A DNA stretch of 64,000 bases from a virus. Below are positions 1 to 9,953 of this stretch, one piece after another. How positions within the stretch are numbered: the first letter of the stretch is position 1; each line of letters starts with the position of its first letter. Under the pieces are notes generated by a model. That model searched no databases, was not told the origin of the DNA, and saw only the letters and a program-made list of their open reading frames with translations. The translations under genes were made by a program, and so were the position numbers. The DNA lies in IMG/VR virus record IMGVR_UViG_3300021142_002226, positions 1 through 64,000 of that record. One strand, given 5' to 3'.

Positions 1-1159
1 TACCTGATGTACCATTAATACCTGAAGTTCCTGATGTACCATTTGTTCCAGAAGTTCCACTAACACCTGATATACCATCGATACCGTTCAAACCATTTAA
101 TCCAGATGAACCTGAAGAACCTGATGTACCTGATGTACCATCAATACCATCTGTTCCAGAAGTACCATCTTCACCACTTGTTCCTGTTGTACCACTTGTA
201 CCTGATGTACCATCAATACCATCTGTTCCAGAAGTACCATCTTCACCGCTTGTTCCAGAGGTACCTGATGTACCTGAAGTACCATCAATACCATCTGTTC
301 CATTTGTTCCATCCTCACCTGAAGTACCAAAAGAACCAGATGTACCACTTGTTCCATCTTGTCCAGATGTTCCATTTGTACCATCTTCACCACTTGTTCC
401 TGATGTTCCACTTGTTCCTGAAGAACCACTGATTGCAGAAATGCCATCAGCGCCATCAATACCAGAAGTACCATTTGTACCTGAAGTACCAGAAGAACCT
501 GACGTACCTGATGTTGTACTATTACCTGAAGTTCCGTTTATACCAGTTGTACCGTTGGTACCGCTCGAACCTGAAGTTCCACTTGTATTACTTAAACCAT
601 TGGTACCAGCTAAACCTGAGGAACCATTAGATCCTGTTGTTCCTGATGTACCACTTGTGCCACTCGTACCAGAAAGTCCTGAAATACCACTTGTGCCGTT
701 TGTACCAGATGTCCCACTGGTACCATTTGTTGTACTCGTTCCTGATGTTGAAGAAATTCCACTTATACCATTAGTACCTGATGTTCCGTTTGTACCTGAA
801 GAACCGCTTGTACCAGATGTTGATGATAAACCTGATGTACCAGTATTACCAGACGTTCCAGTAGTACCAGAAGAACCTGATGTGCCATTTGTGCCAGATG
901 TTGATGATAAACCTGATGTACCATTAGTACCTGAACTACCGTTCGTTCCTGAAGTACCTGATGTGCTTGATAAACCTGATGTACCATTAGTTCCGTTTGT
1001 TCCAGAAGTTCCTGATATACCTGATGTACCATTAATACCTGAAGTTCCTGATGTACCATTTGTTCCAGAAGTTCCACTAACACCTGATATACCATCGATA
1101 CCGTTCAAACCATTTAATCCAGATGAACCTGAAGAACCTGATGTACCTGATGTACCATC
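1..1159. repeat. Exact 142-bp dispersed repeat (1..142 = 1018..1159), offset 1017 bp
   Basis: Base-by-base identity until 143/1160; the offset is a multiple of 3. Confidence 0.9.
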
Positions 1160-4100
1160 TTGTCCAGATGTTCCATTTGTACCATCTTCACCGCTTGTTC
1201 CAGAGGTACCTGATGTACCTGAAGTACCATCTTGTCCAGATGTTCCATTTGTTCCATCCTCACCTGATGTACCAAAAGAACCAGATGTTCCATTTGTTCC
1301 ATCCTCACCTGATGTACCAAAAGAACCAGATGTACCACTTGTTCCATCTTGTCCAGATGTTCCATTTGTACCATCTTCACCACTTGTTCCTGTTGTACCA
1401 CTTGTACCTGATGTACCATCAATACCATCTGTTCCAGAAGTACCATCTTCACCACTTGTTCCTGTTGTACCACTTGTACCTGATGTACCATCAATACCAT
1501 CAGTACCAGAAGTACCATCTTCACCGCTTGTTCCAGAGGTACCTGATGTACCTGAAGTACCGTCAACACCATCTGTTCCAGAAGTACCATCTTCACCACT
1601 TGTTCCAGAGGTGCCTGATGTACCTGAAGTACCGTCAACACCATCTGTTCCAGAAGTACCATCTTCACCACTTGTTCCTGATGTTCCACTTGTTCCTGAA
1701 GAACCACTGATTGCAGAAATGCCATCTTCACCGCTTGTTCCAGACGAACCTGATGTACCTGAAGTACCATCTTGTCCAGATGTTCCATTTGTTCCATCCT
1801 CACCGCTTGTTCCAGAGGTGCCTGATGTACCTGAAGAACCACTGATTGCAGAAATGCCATCAGCGCCATCAATACCAGACGTACCACTTGTACCTGAAGT
1901 GCCAGAAGAACCTGATGTACCATCATGCCCTGATGTGCCATCTTCACCACTTGTTCCAGAAGTACCACTTGTACCTGAAGTACCATCTTGTCCAGATGTT
2001 CCATTTGTTCCATCTTCACCACTTGTTCCTGTTGTACCACTTGTACCTGAAGTACCATCTTGTCCAGATGTTCCATTTGTTCCATCCTCACCTGATGTAC
2101 CAGAGGTACCTGAAGTACCATCTTGTCCAGATGTTCCATTTGTTCCATCCTCACCTGATGTACCAGAGGTACCTGATGTACCACTTGTTCCATCTTGTCC
2201 AGATGTTCCATTTGTTCCATCTTCACCACTTGTTCCTGTTGTACCACTTGTACCTGAAGTACCATCTTGTCCAGATGTTCCATTTGTTCCATCCTCACCT
2301 GATGTACCAGAGGTACCTGATGTACCTGAAGAACCACTGATTGCAGAAATGCCATCAGCACCATCAATACCAGACGTACCATTTGTACCTGAAGTACCAG
2401 AAGAACCTGATGTACCACTTGTTCCATCTTGTCCAGACGTTCCATTTGTACCATCTTCACCACTTGTTCCTGATGTTCCACTTGTTCCTGAAGAACCACT
2501 GATTGCAGAAATGCCATCAGCGCCATCAATACCAGACGTACCACTTGTACCTGAAGTACCAGATATTCCTGATGTACCAGAGGTACCACTTGTATTACTC
2601 ACCCCACTTGTACCAGCAGTTCCGTTTGAACCAGAAGTACCAGAAGTACCAGAGGTGCCGCTTGTAGATGAAATTCCTGATGTACCTGCTGTTGCAGAAA
2701 TACCACTTGTTCCTGATGTACCGTTTGTACCTGACGTACCACTTAAACCACTCGTACCACTTGTACCATTAGAACCATTCGTTCCTGATGTACCGCTTGT
2801 ACCTGAACTTTTACTTGCACCACTTGTACCAGAGGTACCTGACGTACCAGCTGTACCTGAGCTCGAACTATCACCTGAGGTTCCATTTGTACCAGAAGTA
2901 CCATTCGTGCCAGATGAACCTGAAGAACCTGATGTACCTGATGTACCATCAATACCATCTGTTCCAGAAGTACCATCTTCACCGCTTGTTCCAGACGAAC
3001 CTGATGTACCTGATGTACCATCAATACCATCTGTTCCAGAAGTACCATCTTCACCAGATGTACCATTTGTTCCATCCTCACCAGACGAACCTGATGTACC
3101 TGATGTGCCGTCAACGCCATCAGTACCATTTGTACCATCTTCACCACTTGTCCCAGAAGTACCTGATGTACCTGAAGAACCTGATGTACCTGATGTGCCG
3201 TCAACGCCATCAGTACCATTTGTTCCATCTTCACCACTTGTCCCAGAAGTACCTGATGTACCTGAAGAACCTGATGTACCTGATGTGCCGTCAACGCCAT
3301 CAGTACCATTTGTTCCATCTTCACCACTTGTCCCAGAAGTACCTGATGTACCACTTGTTCCATCTTGTCCAGATGTTCCAGAAGTACCATCTTCGCCACT
3401 TGTTCCAGAGGTGCCTGATGTACCATCAATACCATCTGTTCCAGAAGTACCATCTTCACCACTTGTTCCAGAGGTGCCTGATGTACCTGAAGTACCATCT
3501 TCACCAGATGTACCATTTGTTCCATCCTCACCAGACGAACCTGATGTACCTGATGTGCCGTCAACGCCATCAGTACCACTTGTCCCAGAAGTACCTGATG
3601 TACCTGAAGAACCTGATGTACCTGATGTGCCGTCAACGCCATCAGTACCATTTGTACCATCTTCACCGCTTGTTCCAGACGAACCTGATGTACCTGAGGA
3701 ACCACTAATTGCAGAAATGCCATCAGCGCCATCAATACCAGTCGTACCACTTGTGCCTGAAGTACCAGAAGAACCTGATATACCATCATGCCCTGATGTG
3801 CCATCCTCACCACTTGTACCTGAAGTACCTGAACTACCACTTAGTCCAGAAATACCATCAGTACCATCAATACCAGATGTTCCGCTCGTACCTGAAGTTC
3901 CAGAAGCACCACTTGTTCCTGATGTACCATCTTCACCACTTGTTCCTGATGTTGCACTAATACCTGAAATACCATTAACACCATCGATACCTGAAGTTCC
4001 AGAAGTACCACTTGTGCCGCTTGAACCTGAAGTTCCAGAAGTACCATCTTCGCCACTTGTTCCTGATGTTCCACTTGTTCCTGATGTTCCACTAAGTCCA

Positions 4101-6145
4101 GAAATGCCGTCAATACCATTTAATCCATTCAAACCAGATGAACCTGAAGAGCCTGATGTACCTGATGTGCCGTCAACGCCATCAGTACCATTTGTACCAT
4201 CAATACCAGATGTACCTGTACTACCACTTGTTCCTGAGGTGCCATCTTGACCTGAAGTACCATTTGTTCCATCTTCACCTGATGTGCCAGAAGAACCAGA
4301 TGTACCCTGGCTACCACTGGTTCCTGATGTACCTGAACTTGCAGCTAAACCAGAGGTTCCTGATATACCATTAGTTCCTGATGTACCAGATGTACCTGAA
4401 GAACCATTTGTACCATTCGTTCCTGATGTACCAGATGTATTGCTTGATCCTGATGTACCAGCAGTTGTGCTCGTACCAGATGTGCCTGAAGTACCGCTTG
4501 TTCCAGCAGTACCATTTGTTCCTGAAGTATTACTTAAACCGCTTGTACCAGCTGTTCCATTTGTTCCGCTTGTTCCTGATGAACCTGAAGAACCTGAAGA
4601 ACCTGATGTACCTGAACTACCATTTGTACCAGATGTTCCGTTTGTTCCTGAACTACCATTTGTACCTGATGTTCCGTTTGTTCCTGAACTACCATTTGTA
4701 CCTGATGTTCCGTTTGTTCCTGAACTACCATTTGTACCTGAAGTACCATTCGTGCCAGATGTTCCACTAACACCTGATATACCATTTGTTCCATCTTCAC
4801 CTGATGTGCCAGAAGAACCACTTAAACCAGATGCACCATCAGCACCATCAATACCTGATGTTCCACTTGTTCCTGAGGTTCCAGAAGAACCTGAAGTACC
4901 ATCTTGACCAGATGTACCAGATGTTCCTGAAGTACCACCTGTTCCTGATGTTGAATTATATGGGGCTAAAGAATATGCAAAATATACATCTGTACCAGAA
5001 CTAAATGTTCCATTTTGAGCAATTATATTACCATTAAGGGAATAACCTGCTCCGTAATTATCGGATGTTAAAAGATATGTTATAAAATTGCTTACATTAT
5101 TTTTATCAACTAATGTTATAATAACATTTTGATTTGAATCTAATAATGTGTGTACTGTATCAATCCAATCGTTGGCATTTCCGTTAACAGCATCATAAGA
5201 TACTGTTGTAGAGATTGAACTACCTGCTATTGAATAATTAAAATGTGTTGGATTTGCGGTTCCGTCATAATTCCATATTAATGCTGAACCAAAATTACTA
5301 ACACCAGATGTACCTGATTGTCCAGATGTGCCTGATGTTCCTGATTGAAATGGTGAAACCCATTGTGAGCTATTACCATCATTTATAAAAACATATTCGT
5401 TACCTGTTGTAAGATCATACCATCTATCACCATTATGAGCTGGCGAAGGTGCTGGAGGAGCTTGTATAAAATATCTTAAACCAGAACCACCATTACCAAC
5501 TGTGATAACACTGATATCATAATTTTGTGTGTCAACAAAATTACCATTCGTTACAACTGGTGTAAGAGTATTTGTACTATAAGCAGAACGTGAAACTGTA
5601 CCACCTGTAAATTGATATATACCGAAATTTCCAGGATTATTAGTGTCAGTTACTTGAATTAAACCAGAACTTGTATTATTTGAAATATTTTGAAAAAATG
5701 ATTCCCAATCAGCAGATGTGGAATCATAATTATTAATTTTTAATCTTTCTAAAGAGGCAAAATCGGTTTGTGCTAAATTCGATGCAATATAAAACGAACC
5801 TGGATTGTAAGCTGGTGGTACGGTAGTTAAATCAAGTTGCCATCTACCTGTGAGAGGCGATCTACCAATAGATGTACCACCACCACCACCAATTAATTTC
5901 CAAAGTAATACCGTGTTACCGTTAACAACTCCAGAAATAGAAAATCCACCAGTATATGCAGTTTGATCGTGATCGATCAAACATACATATAATGATGTAA
6001 TATGTGTTGATGAATCTGTATGATATACAAATTCACCTTGTAAATAACTCTGTTGAACCCATTCTGTAATGTGCAAAAAGGTAAAGTTACCATCTGCCTC
6101 ATGTGCTGTAAGGGGTCTATTTAAATTCTGTCGTAATATTAACAT
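1..6145 (-). CDS. Giant collagen-like (Gly-X-Y, G-T-S dominated) tail/capsid fibre protein, 3'-partial (>2048 aa)
   Basis: Hand translation from ATG at 6145: [23 protein letters not shown] (RPLT..E.DGNF resembles phage fibre N-termini), ~400 aa non-repetitive head, then [15 protein letters not shown]... from ~4955 to the window edge in the same frame (GINGTSG at bases 22..2). Absent from the ORF track because there is no stop in the window. The single-frame P-x-x antisense ORFs 441..4250 and 4284..4907 support an unbroken frame. Confidence 0.9.
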   Translation of the reverse strand, partial: MLILRQNLNRPLTAHEADGNFTFLHITEWVQQSYLQGEFVYHTDSSTHITSLYVCLIDHDQTAYTGGFSISGVVNGNTVLLWKLIGGGGGTSIGRSPLTGRWQLDLTTVPPAYNPGSFYIASNLAQTDFASLERLKINNYDSTSADWESFFQNISNNTSSGLIQVTDTNNPGNFGIYQFTGGTVSRSAYSTNTLTPVVTNGNFVDTQNYDISVITVGNGGSGLRYFIQAPPAPSPAHNGDRWYDLTTGNEYVFINDGNSSQWVSPFQSGTSGTSGQSGTSGVSNFGSALIWNYDGTANPTHFNYSIAGSSISTTVSYDAVNGNANDWIDTVHTLLDSNQNVIITLVDKNNVSNFITYLLTSDNYGAGYSLNGNIIAQNGTFSSGTDVYFAYSLAPYNSTSGTGGTSGTSGTSGQDGTSGSSGTSGTSGTSGIDGADGASGLSGSSGTSGEDGTNGISGVSGTSGTNGTSGTNGSSGTNGTSGTNGSSGTNGTSGTNGSSGTNGTSGTNGSSGTSGSSGSSGSSGTSGTNGTAGTSGLSNTSGTNGTAGTSGTSGTSGTSTTAGTSGSSNTSGTSGTNGTNGSSGTSGTSGTNGISGTSGLAASSGTSGTSGSQGTSGSSGTSGEDGTNGTSGQDGTSGTSGSTGTSGIDGTNGTDGVDGTSGTSGSSGSSGLNGLNGIDGISGLSGTSGTSGTSGTSGEDGTSGTSGSSGTSGTSGTSGIDGVNGISGISATSGTSGEDGTSGTSGASGTSGTSGTSGIDGTDGISGLSGSSGTSGTSGEDGTSGHDGISGSSGTSGTSGTTGIDGADGISAISGSSGTSGSSGTSGEDGTNGTDGVDGTSGTSGSSGTSGTSGTSGTDGVDGTSGTSGSSGEDGTNGTSGEDGTSGTSGTSGTSGEDGTSGTDGIDGTSGTSGTSGEDGTSGTSGQDGTSGTSGTSGTSGEDGTNGTDGVDGTSGTSGSSGTSGTSGTSGEDGTNGTDGVDGTSGTSGSSGTSGTSGTSGEDGTNGTDGVDGTSGTSGSSGEDGTNGTSGEDGTSGTDGIDGTSGTSGSSGTSGEDGTSGTDGIDGTSGTSGSSGSSGTNGTSGTNGTSGDSSSSGTAGTSGTSGTSGASKSSGTSGTSGTNGSNGTSGTSGLSGTSGTNGTSGTSGISATAGTSGISSTSGTSGTSGTSGSNGTAGTSGVSNTSGTSGTSGISGTSGTSGTSGIDGADGISAISGSSGTSGTSGTSGEDGTNGTSGQDGTSGTSGSSGTSGTNGTSGIDGADGISAISGSSGTSGTSGTSGEDGTNGTSGQDGTSGTSGTTGTSGEDGTNGTSGQDGTSGTSGTSGTSGEDGTNGTSGQDGTSGTSGTSGEDGTNGTSGQDGTSGTSGTTGTSGEDGTNGTSGQDGTSGTSGTSGTSGEDGTSGHDGTSGSSGTSGTSGTSGIDGADGISAISGSSGTSGTSGTSGEDGTNGTSGQDGTSGTSGSSGTSGEDGISAISGSSGTSGTSGTSGEDGTSGTDGVDGTSGTSGTSGTSGEDGTSGTDGVDGTSGTSGTSGTSGEDGTSGTDGIDGTSGTSGTTGTSGEDGTSGTDGIDGTSGTSGTTGTSGEDGTNGTSGQDGTSGTSGSFGTSGEDGTNGTSGSFGTSGEDGTNGTSGQDGTSGTSGTSGTSGEDGTNGTSGQDGTSGTSGSSGSSGLNGLNGIDGISGVSGTSGTNGTSGTSGINGTSGISGTSGTNGTNGTSGLSSTSGTSGTNGSSGTNGTSGLSSTSGTNGTSGSSGTTGTSGNTGTSGLSSTSGTSGSSGTNGTSGTNGISGISSTSGTSTTNGTSGTSGTNGTSGISGLSGTSGTSGTSGTTGSNGSSGLAGTNGLSNTSGTSGSSGTNGTTGINGTSGNSTTSGTSGSSGTSGTNGTSGIDGADGISAISGSSGTSGTSGTSGEDGTNGTSGQDGTSGTSGSFGTSGEDGTNGTDGIDGTSGTSGTSGTSGEDGTSGTDGIDGTSGTSGTTGTSGEDGTSGTDGIDGTSGTSGSSGSSGLNGLNGIDGISGVSGTSGTNGTSGTSGINGTSG
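3090..3352. repeat. ~3 tandem 90-bp repeats inside the fibre gene
   Basis: Units start at 3090, 3180 and 3270 (gtcaacgccat recurs at 3110/3200/3290). Confidence 0.9.
4611..4745. repeat. ~3.7 tandem 36-bp repeats ([12 protein letters not shown])
   Basis: cctgaactaccatttgtacc at 4611, 4647, 4683 and 4719. Confidence 0.9.
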
Positions 6146-6180
6146 CTATCAGTAGCTTTTTTTTCATATAATACTTACTG

Positions 6181-6187
6181 ATAAATA
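6181..6187 (-). promoter_or_regulatory. TATTTAT candidate phage late promoter element upstream of the fibre gene
   Basis: Same heptamer precedes many genes in this window; here ~35 nt before the ATG at 6145. Confidence 0.55.
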
Positions 6188-6191
6188 GTTA

Positions 6192-6211
6192 AAAATTGGG
6201 TAACCGTACCC
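6192..6211 (-). terminator. Possible weak intrinsic terminator after clpP
   Basis: GGGUA-CGGU-UACCC followed by AAUUUUU on the minus strand; only 5 bp. Confidence 0.3.
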
Positions 6212-6222
6212 TAAGACCTAAC

Positions 6223-6888
6223 TTATTTTTTCCTATTTCCCATTACATCGTCAATCATACCATATTTTTTCGCTTCAGCGGCTGTCATCCAGTAATCTCT
6301 ATCACTGTCAGCATAAACTTTTTCATAAGATTGTCCTGAATGAGTAGAAATTATGTCATATAATTCTTTTTTTAATTTGACAATTTCACGTGCTGTAATT
6401 TCGATATCTGATGCTTGACCATCTGCACCACCGAGTGGTTGGTGAATCATAATTCTTGAATGTGGTAATGCAAATCTTTTATTTTTTTCACCAGCACATA
6501 GTAAAACTGCTGCCATGGAGGCTGCTAAACCTGTACAAATAGTTGATACATCTGGTTTTATATATTGCATTGTGTCATAAATACCCATTCCAGCGTAAAC
6601 TCCACCACCTGGAGAATTAATATAGATTTGAATATCTGCTGTGGGGTCTGTTGATTCAAGGAATAAAAGTTGAGCTTGGATAATATTTGATACTTGATCA
6701 TTTATTCCTGTACCCATAAAAATGAGTCTTTCCATCATTAAACGTGAAAAAACATCCATTTGGGTTACATTCAATTGCCTTTCCTCAATAATATACGGTG
6801 TAATTGAGCTTTCAAAGTTGTGTAGTGTTAAACTACTGATACCCTGTCCTTTTACAGCGTATTTTCTAAATTCTTGTCCTAAGGTCAT
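6223..6888 (-). CDS. clpP: ATP-dependent Clp protease proteolytic subunit, Bacteroidota-type
   Basis: PYIIEERQLNVTQMDVFSRLMMERLIF, YINSPGG, catalytic Ser (GLAASM), His (MIHQP) and Asp (DRDYWM); N-terminal FRKYAVK extension typical of Bacteroidota ClpP. Confidence 0.97.
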   Translation of the reverse strand: MTLGQEFRKYAVKGQGISSLTLHNFESSITPYIIEERQLNVTQMDVFSRLMMERLIFMGTGINDQVSNIIQAQLLFLESTDPTADIQIYINSPGGGVYAGMGIYDTMQYIKPDVSTICTGLAASMAAVLLCAGEKNKRFALPHSRIMIHQPLGGADGQASDIEITAREIVKLKKELYDIISTHSGQSYEKVYADSDRDYWMTAAEAKKYGMIDDVMGNRKK

Positions 6889-6996
6889 AATTTTAATAGA
6901 TAGTTTTTACGTTAAATTTATTTTAGTAATACAATATTAAGAAATATTTTTGATAATAAACATACTTAACCAGTATTATTTTGATAAAATGTGGAT

Positions 6997-7034
6997 AAAA
7001 AAAACTGACCGTTATATTGCATAACAGTCAGTTT
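6997..7034 (-). terminator. Intrinsic terminator closing the DUF2828-vWA/ncRNA unit
   Basis: AAACUGACUGUUAU-GCAAU-AUAACGGUCAGUUU (14 bp, one U.G) running into a U-tract on the minus strand. Confidence 0.9.
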
Positions 7035-7052
7035 AAAAGGATAAAATAAAAC

Positions 7053-7317
7053 TGAAAGGTTGTTTTTCTTATGTCAAAAGATAAAAGAATTGCTGAAGCC
7101 TTTCACAAATAAACGTTTCTCGGAATAGTTGATTTTTTGAATAGTGAATATCTAAACTATAGAACTTTTGAATAGTATTATCTAAACTATAATGATTTTT
7201 TTGTCCTTTATACTAACAATTAAGTTAGCAATTTTAAGGTGAAGAAACATCATCAAAAACTCCTATCGCCATGATAATTGTATAGTTAATCTTGCCGAAT
7301 CTATTCCCAACGTTTAT
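7053..7317 (-). ncRNA. Candidate structured ncRNA / structured 3' region (Y-RNA-like rod plus second hairpin)
   Basis: Nested inverted repeats 7309-17/7109-17 (9 bp), 7301-07/7122-28 (7 bp), 7281-87/7185-91 (7 bp), 7249-53/7192-96, 7236-39/7205-08 and 7224-30/7211-17; separate stem 7099-7105/7053-59. No ORF in the tract. Confidence 0.55.
7135..7191. repeat. Two direct repeats TTTTGAATAGT-(GAA/AT)-TATCTAAACTATA
   Basis: 7135..7161 and 7166..7191. Confidence 0.85.
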
Positions 7318-7320
7318 ATC

Positions 7321-8718
7321 TTAGACTGTTACTGGTTCGTATCTTTCGCTATATACGGTTTTATTCATAATAGCTACTGGTGTCATATCTTCACCAGATA
7401 ACAGTGATTTTAAAATTGCAGGTGAAAATCCGCTCACCAATGCGGTACCATTATCGGTAATTTGTACTGGAAAGTTACCAGAATGTCTGCTTTGAATATT
7501 CCAAAATATAATTTTTGGCATTTCATATCCAGCTTGTGAATATCTGTGCTTAATCATATCAAGGGCTGTTTTACGACATGCATAGTTAAATTCCATATCA
7601 GACATAATCAAAATAGCTGTTGGCATTTCTGATTGTGGTAAATTATTAGTTTGAGCCTTATTCAAAATCAAACTAAATGTAGCTTCAAGGTTAGTTGAAC
7701 CTCCCCATTCAGCACATTCCAATTGACGGAATCTATCTGATAAATTACCAGTAAGATATTGCAATTTTGGATGATCACTAAAAGTTAAGAAAGCATTTTT
7801 AAAGATACCTTCGTTTCTTTCAGAAATGTATAGACCAAGTGATATACAAACATCCATACATGTTAAATTTGGATTACCACCAGCAGATATTGACATTGAA
7901 CCAGATACGTCACATACTGGCAATAAACGTTCATTGTTATTTTCTAACCAATTAGGTAGCGCTTCCCATTGCTTTACAGCTAAGGTTTTATCACCCATTC
8001 TTAATGTTTTAACAACATCGTATGGATATACCGCACCAGCGTTTATCTTTGTATCACCATTTTTGTACATGTCAAATCTTGTGCTATCGTTTTTAGCGAA
8101 AGCTTTAGAATAACGTGCCATAGCTAATGATGGTACATGTTCGTATGTAATATTAGTCCAACCCTTAGAACACATAAGTTGCTCAACAACTTTTGTATTT
8201 GTAACCAACAATTTACGATATTGTTTTGGTGAAAGCTTCATAAAACGTTCCAAAGCAATAGCTTCTTTACCTTTACGTGGCATCCACTTAGCGCAAAGAC
8301 CATCACCGTTGTTTAATGCGGTTTGGATCAATTCTTTTGCTTGAGTGTCAAGCTTTGTACCAAACAATACAAGTAAGTCATCCCAACGACCATAAAACGG
8401 AACTAACTCAAGGTTTTTAGCCAAGGTAGATGTTTTATTTTCTGCAAGATATGACATAATATCTTTAAAGATTTGTCTTTCACCAGCGCCTTGACGAGCA
8501 TCACGCACCCAAAACAAAATTTTCATTGCTGTTAATGGATTTTCTACAAAAGCTTTAGAAAAATTTGCAATTAAGAGATTTTTATCTTGACCTCTCATAG
8601 CACCAATAGTGAAGAATAAATCAACACATGAATTAAGTGTAGAACTGTTTGTAACCATACCATTTTCAGTACGGTTGTCTCTTGTACGCATAGCGTTTAA
8701 TAATTGTGATTGTGACAT
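7321..8718 (-). CDS. DUF2828-family TROVE/Ro60-like protein with C-terminal vWA domain
   Basis: TENG..TNSSTLNSCVDLFF, LFWVRDARQGAGERQIF, YGRWDDL, AKWMPR; vWA MIDAS DVSGS and ILIMSDMEF, IIFWN. Start moved to ATG 8718 (MSQSQ) because the promoter -7 box overlaps the longer TTG start. Confidence 0.8.
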   Translation of the reverse strand: MSQSQLLNAMRTRDNRTENGMVTNSSTLNSCVDLFFTIGAMRGQDKNLLIANFSKAFVENPLTAMKILFWVRDARQGAGERQIFKDIMSYLAENKTSTLAKNLELVPFYGRWDDLLVLFGTKLDTQAKELIQTALNNGDGLCAKWMPRKGKEAIALERFMKLSPKQYRKLLVTNTKVVEQLMCSKGWTNITYEHVPSLAMARYSKAFAKNDSTRFDMYKNGDTKINAGAVYPYDVVKTLRMGDKTLAVKQWEALPNWLENNNERLLPVCDVSGSMSISAGGNPNLTCMDVCISLGLYISERNEGIFKNAFLTFSDHPKLQYLTGNLSDRFRQLECAEWGGSTNLEATFSLILNKAQTNNLPQSEMPTAILIMSDMEFNYACRKTALDMIKHRYSQAGYEMPKIIFWNIQSRHSGNFPVQITDNGTALVSGFSPAILKSLLSGEDMTPVAIMNKTVYSERYEPVTV

Positions 8719-8736
8719 AAGAAATAAATTATTTAA

Positions 8737-8768
8737 CAAAAGTAATAAACTTTTTCTCTAAAACCAAA
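8737..8768 (-). promoter_or_regulatory. Bacteroidota primary-sigma promoter TTTG-N20-TACTTTTG
   Basis: Exact match to the -33 TTTG / -7 TAnnTTTG consensus, 20-nt spacer, 18 nt upstream of the ATG. Confidence 0.75.
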
Positions 8769-8797
8769 TTTTTTGATAAAAAAAGTTAAATATTTTT

Positions 8798-9148
8798 TTA
8801 TTTAATATCTTTATTACTTTTAATAGCCTCAACCGCTTTATCCGTAGGTGCATAAACACAATCACCACTTTCATCCATTCCAACAATATCAATAAGTCCT
8901 TTATCGTATAGAGAGTTTATAGTAGCCAAAATTACATCATGGGTTGTACGATTTATAACTTCCTCTAATTGTTCTTTATCAACTGTTGGTTCACCAAGTT
9001 GTTTCATATTTTCTTCACAAAAAACAAATAAATGTTTTTCAAAAATATCTTTTTCCATCATTGGGTTTATATTTGGAATGAAAAATCCATCATTATCCAA
9101 TTCCTGGATTAGATTTTTTGCGTAGATGATTATATCAATATTTTGCAT
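8798..9148 (-). CDS. Hypothetical protein
   Basis: ORF track 8798..9166 (TTG start); ATG at 9148 preferred because it lies downstream of the promoter. Confidence 0.7.
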   Translation of the reverse strand: MQNIDIIIYAKNLIQELDNDGFFIPNINPMMEKDIFEKHLFVFCEENMKQLGEPTVDKEQLEEVINRTTHDVILATINSLYDKGLIDIVGMDESGDCVYAPTDKAVEAIKSNKDIK

Positions 9149-9163
9149 ATTATAATTTTTAAA

Positions 9164-9195
9164 CAATAGTATTAAAAACTATTTATAAAGTCAAA
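9164..9195 (-). promoter_or_regulatory. Near-consensus Bacteroidota promoter TTTG-N20-TACTATTG
   Basis: One mismatch in the -7 box, correct spacer. Confidence 0.55.
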
Positions 9196-9545
9196 TTTTT
9201 GCTTGAAAAAACTGTGTTGATGTCTTGAATAAAACTATTTTCCCAGGATTCTTTTCTTTTATGATACTCGATAAAATCCTTTTTATTCTTTGCACTCAAT
9301 TCAAATTTACTTATAGGATTATCCTCGAAAACTCTATTATTCATCAAAATCAAAGAACCAATTTCACATTCGGAAGAATTCTTTCCCAAATCAACACTCA
9401 GATAGTGATGATCTTGATCTGGTGAAAAATAATATACTTTTAACTTATGTGAATTTTTATCATATGATGCATAATTGTATAGAAATAACCCCTCATACTT
9501 TTTTAGTTTTGTTATAAAGTCCTTCATCTTTTTAAGTTTTATCAA
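9183..9545 (-). CDS. Hypothetical protein
   Basis: 120-aa ORF; TATTTAT at 9582..9588 upstream on the minus strand. Confidence 0.7.
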   Translation of the reverse strand: MIKLKKMKDFITKLKKYEGLFLYNYASYDKNSHKLKVYYFSPDQDHHYLSVDLGKNSSECEIGSLILMNNRVFEDNPISKFELSAKNKKDFIEYHKRKESWENSFIQDINTVFSSKNLTL

Positions 9546-9596
9546 CTATTTATTCATAAGCACAAGAATAAAAGACTTTATATAAATACTTGAGTT

Positions 9597-9953
9597 ATGA
9601 AAGAAAAATTGACAGTAAATAAAAGCGACATAAATAAGTTGATCGAAAATGAAATAAACCATTATAGACCAAAATTAGAAGATATGGCTGGTGGACTCGG
9701 TGCAGATGAGGATCGTGTAATAGATTACTCTCAAAAACCAGAGGGGTCTGGTGAAAAAACTAAATTCGAGTTAAAAGAACCTATTCCTGAATTACTTGAG
9801 TATTTAAGCAAGCTCGAAGAAGCAAGAGGTATTTTAAGTAAGGTTGCGGCTAAACACGCTGAAGACGAGGTGAAAAAAAGAATTTATCACCACTACAAAA
9901 AAAATCAAGATACGTGTTTAGAAATGATTAAAGAGTTTAATATAGTACACTAA
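9597..9953 (+). CDS. Hypothetical protein (possible virion internal protein)
   Basis: 118-aa ORF; TATTTAT on the + strand at 9547..9553; divergent from 9183..9545. Confidence 0.75.
   Translation: MKEKLTVNKSDINKLIENEINHYRPKLEDMAGGLGADEDRVIDYSQKPEGSGEKTKFELKEPIPELLEYLSKLEEARGILSKVAAKHAEDEVKKRIYHHYKKNQDTCLEMIKEFNIVH

Noticed and set aside
97-5004. Long ORF-track entries (1269-aa and 207-aa P-x-x ORFs on +; MVLLVL and MYLMYH ORFs)
   Set aside because: Antisense and off-frame shadows of the Gly-X-Y gene; the ACC-rich periodicity suppresses stop codons.
1-7191. CRISPR array interpretation of the tandem repeats
   Set aside because: Fibre repeats are in-frame coding units without unique spacers. 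The 7135-7191 pair has only two copies and a 4-nt gap. No cas operon; the Cas4-like gene sits in a replication context.
7035-7320. tRNA or YrlA-type tRNA-like domain
   Set aside because: No cloverleaf, T-loop GTTCRA or CCA end recognised; no tRNA seen anywhere in the window.
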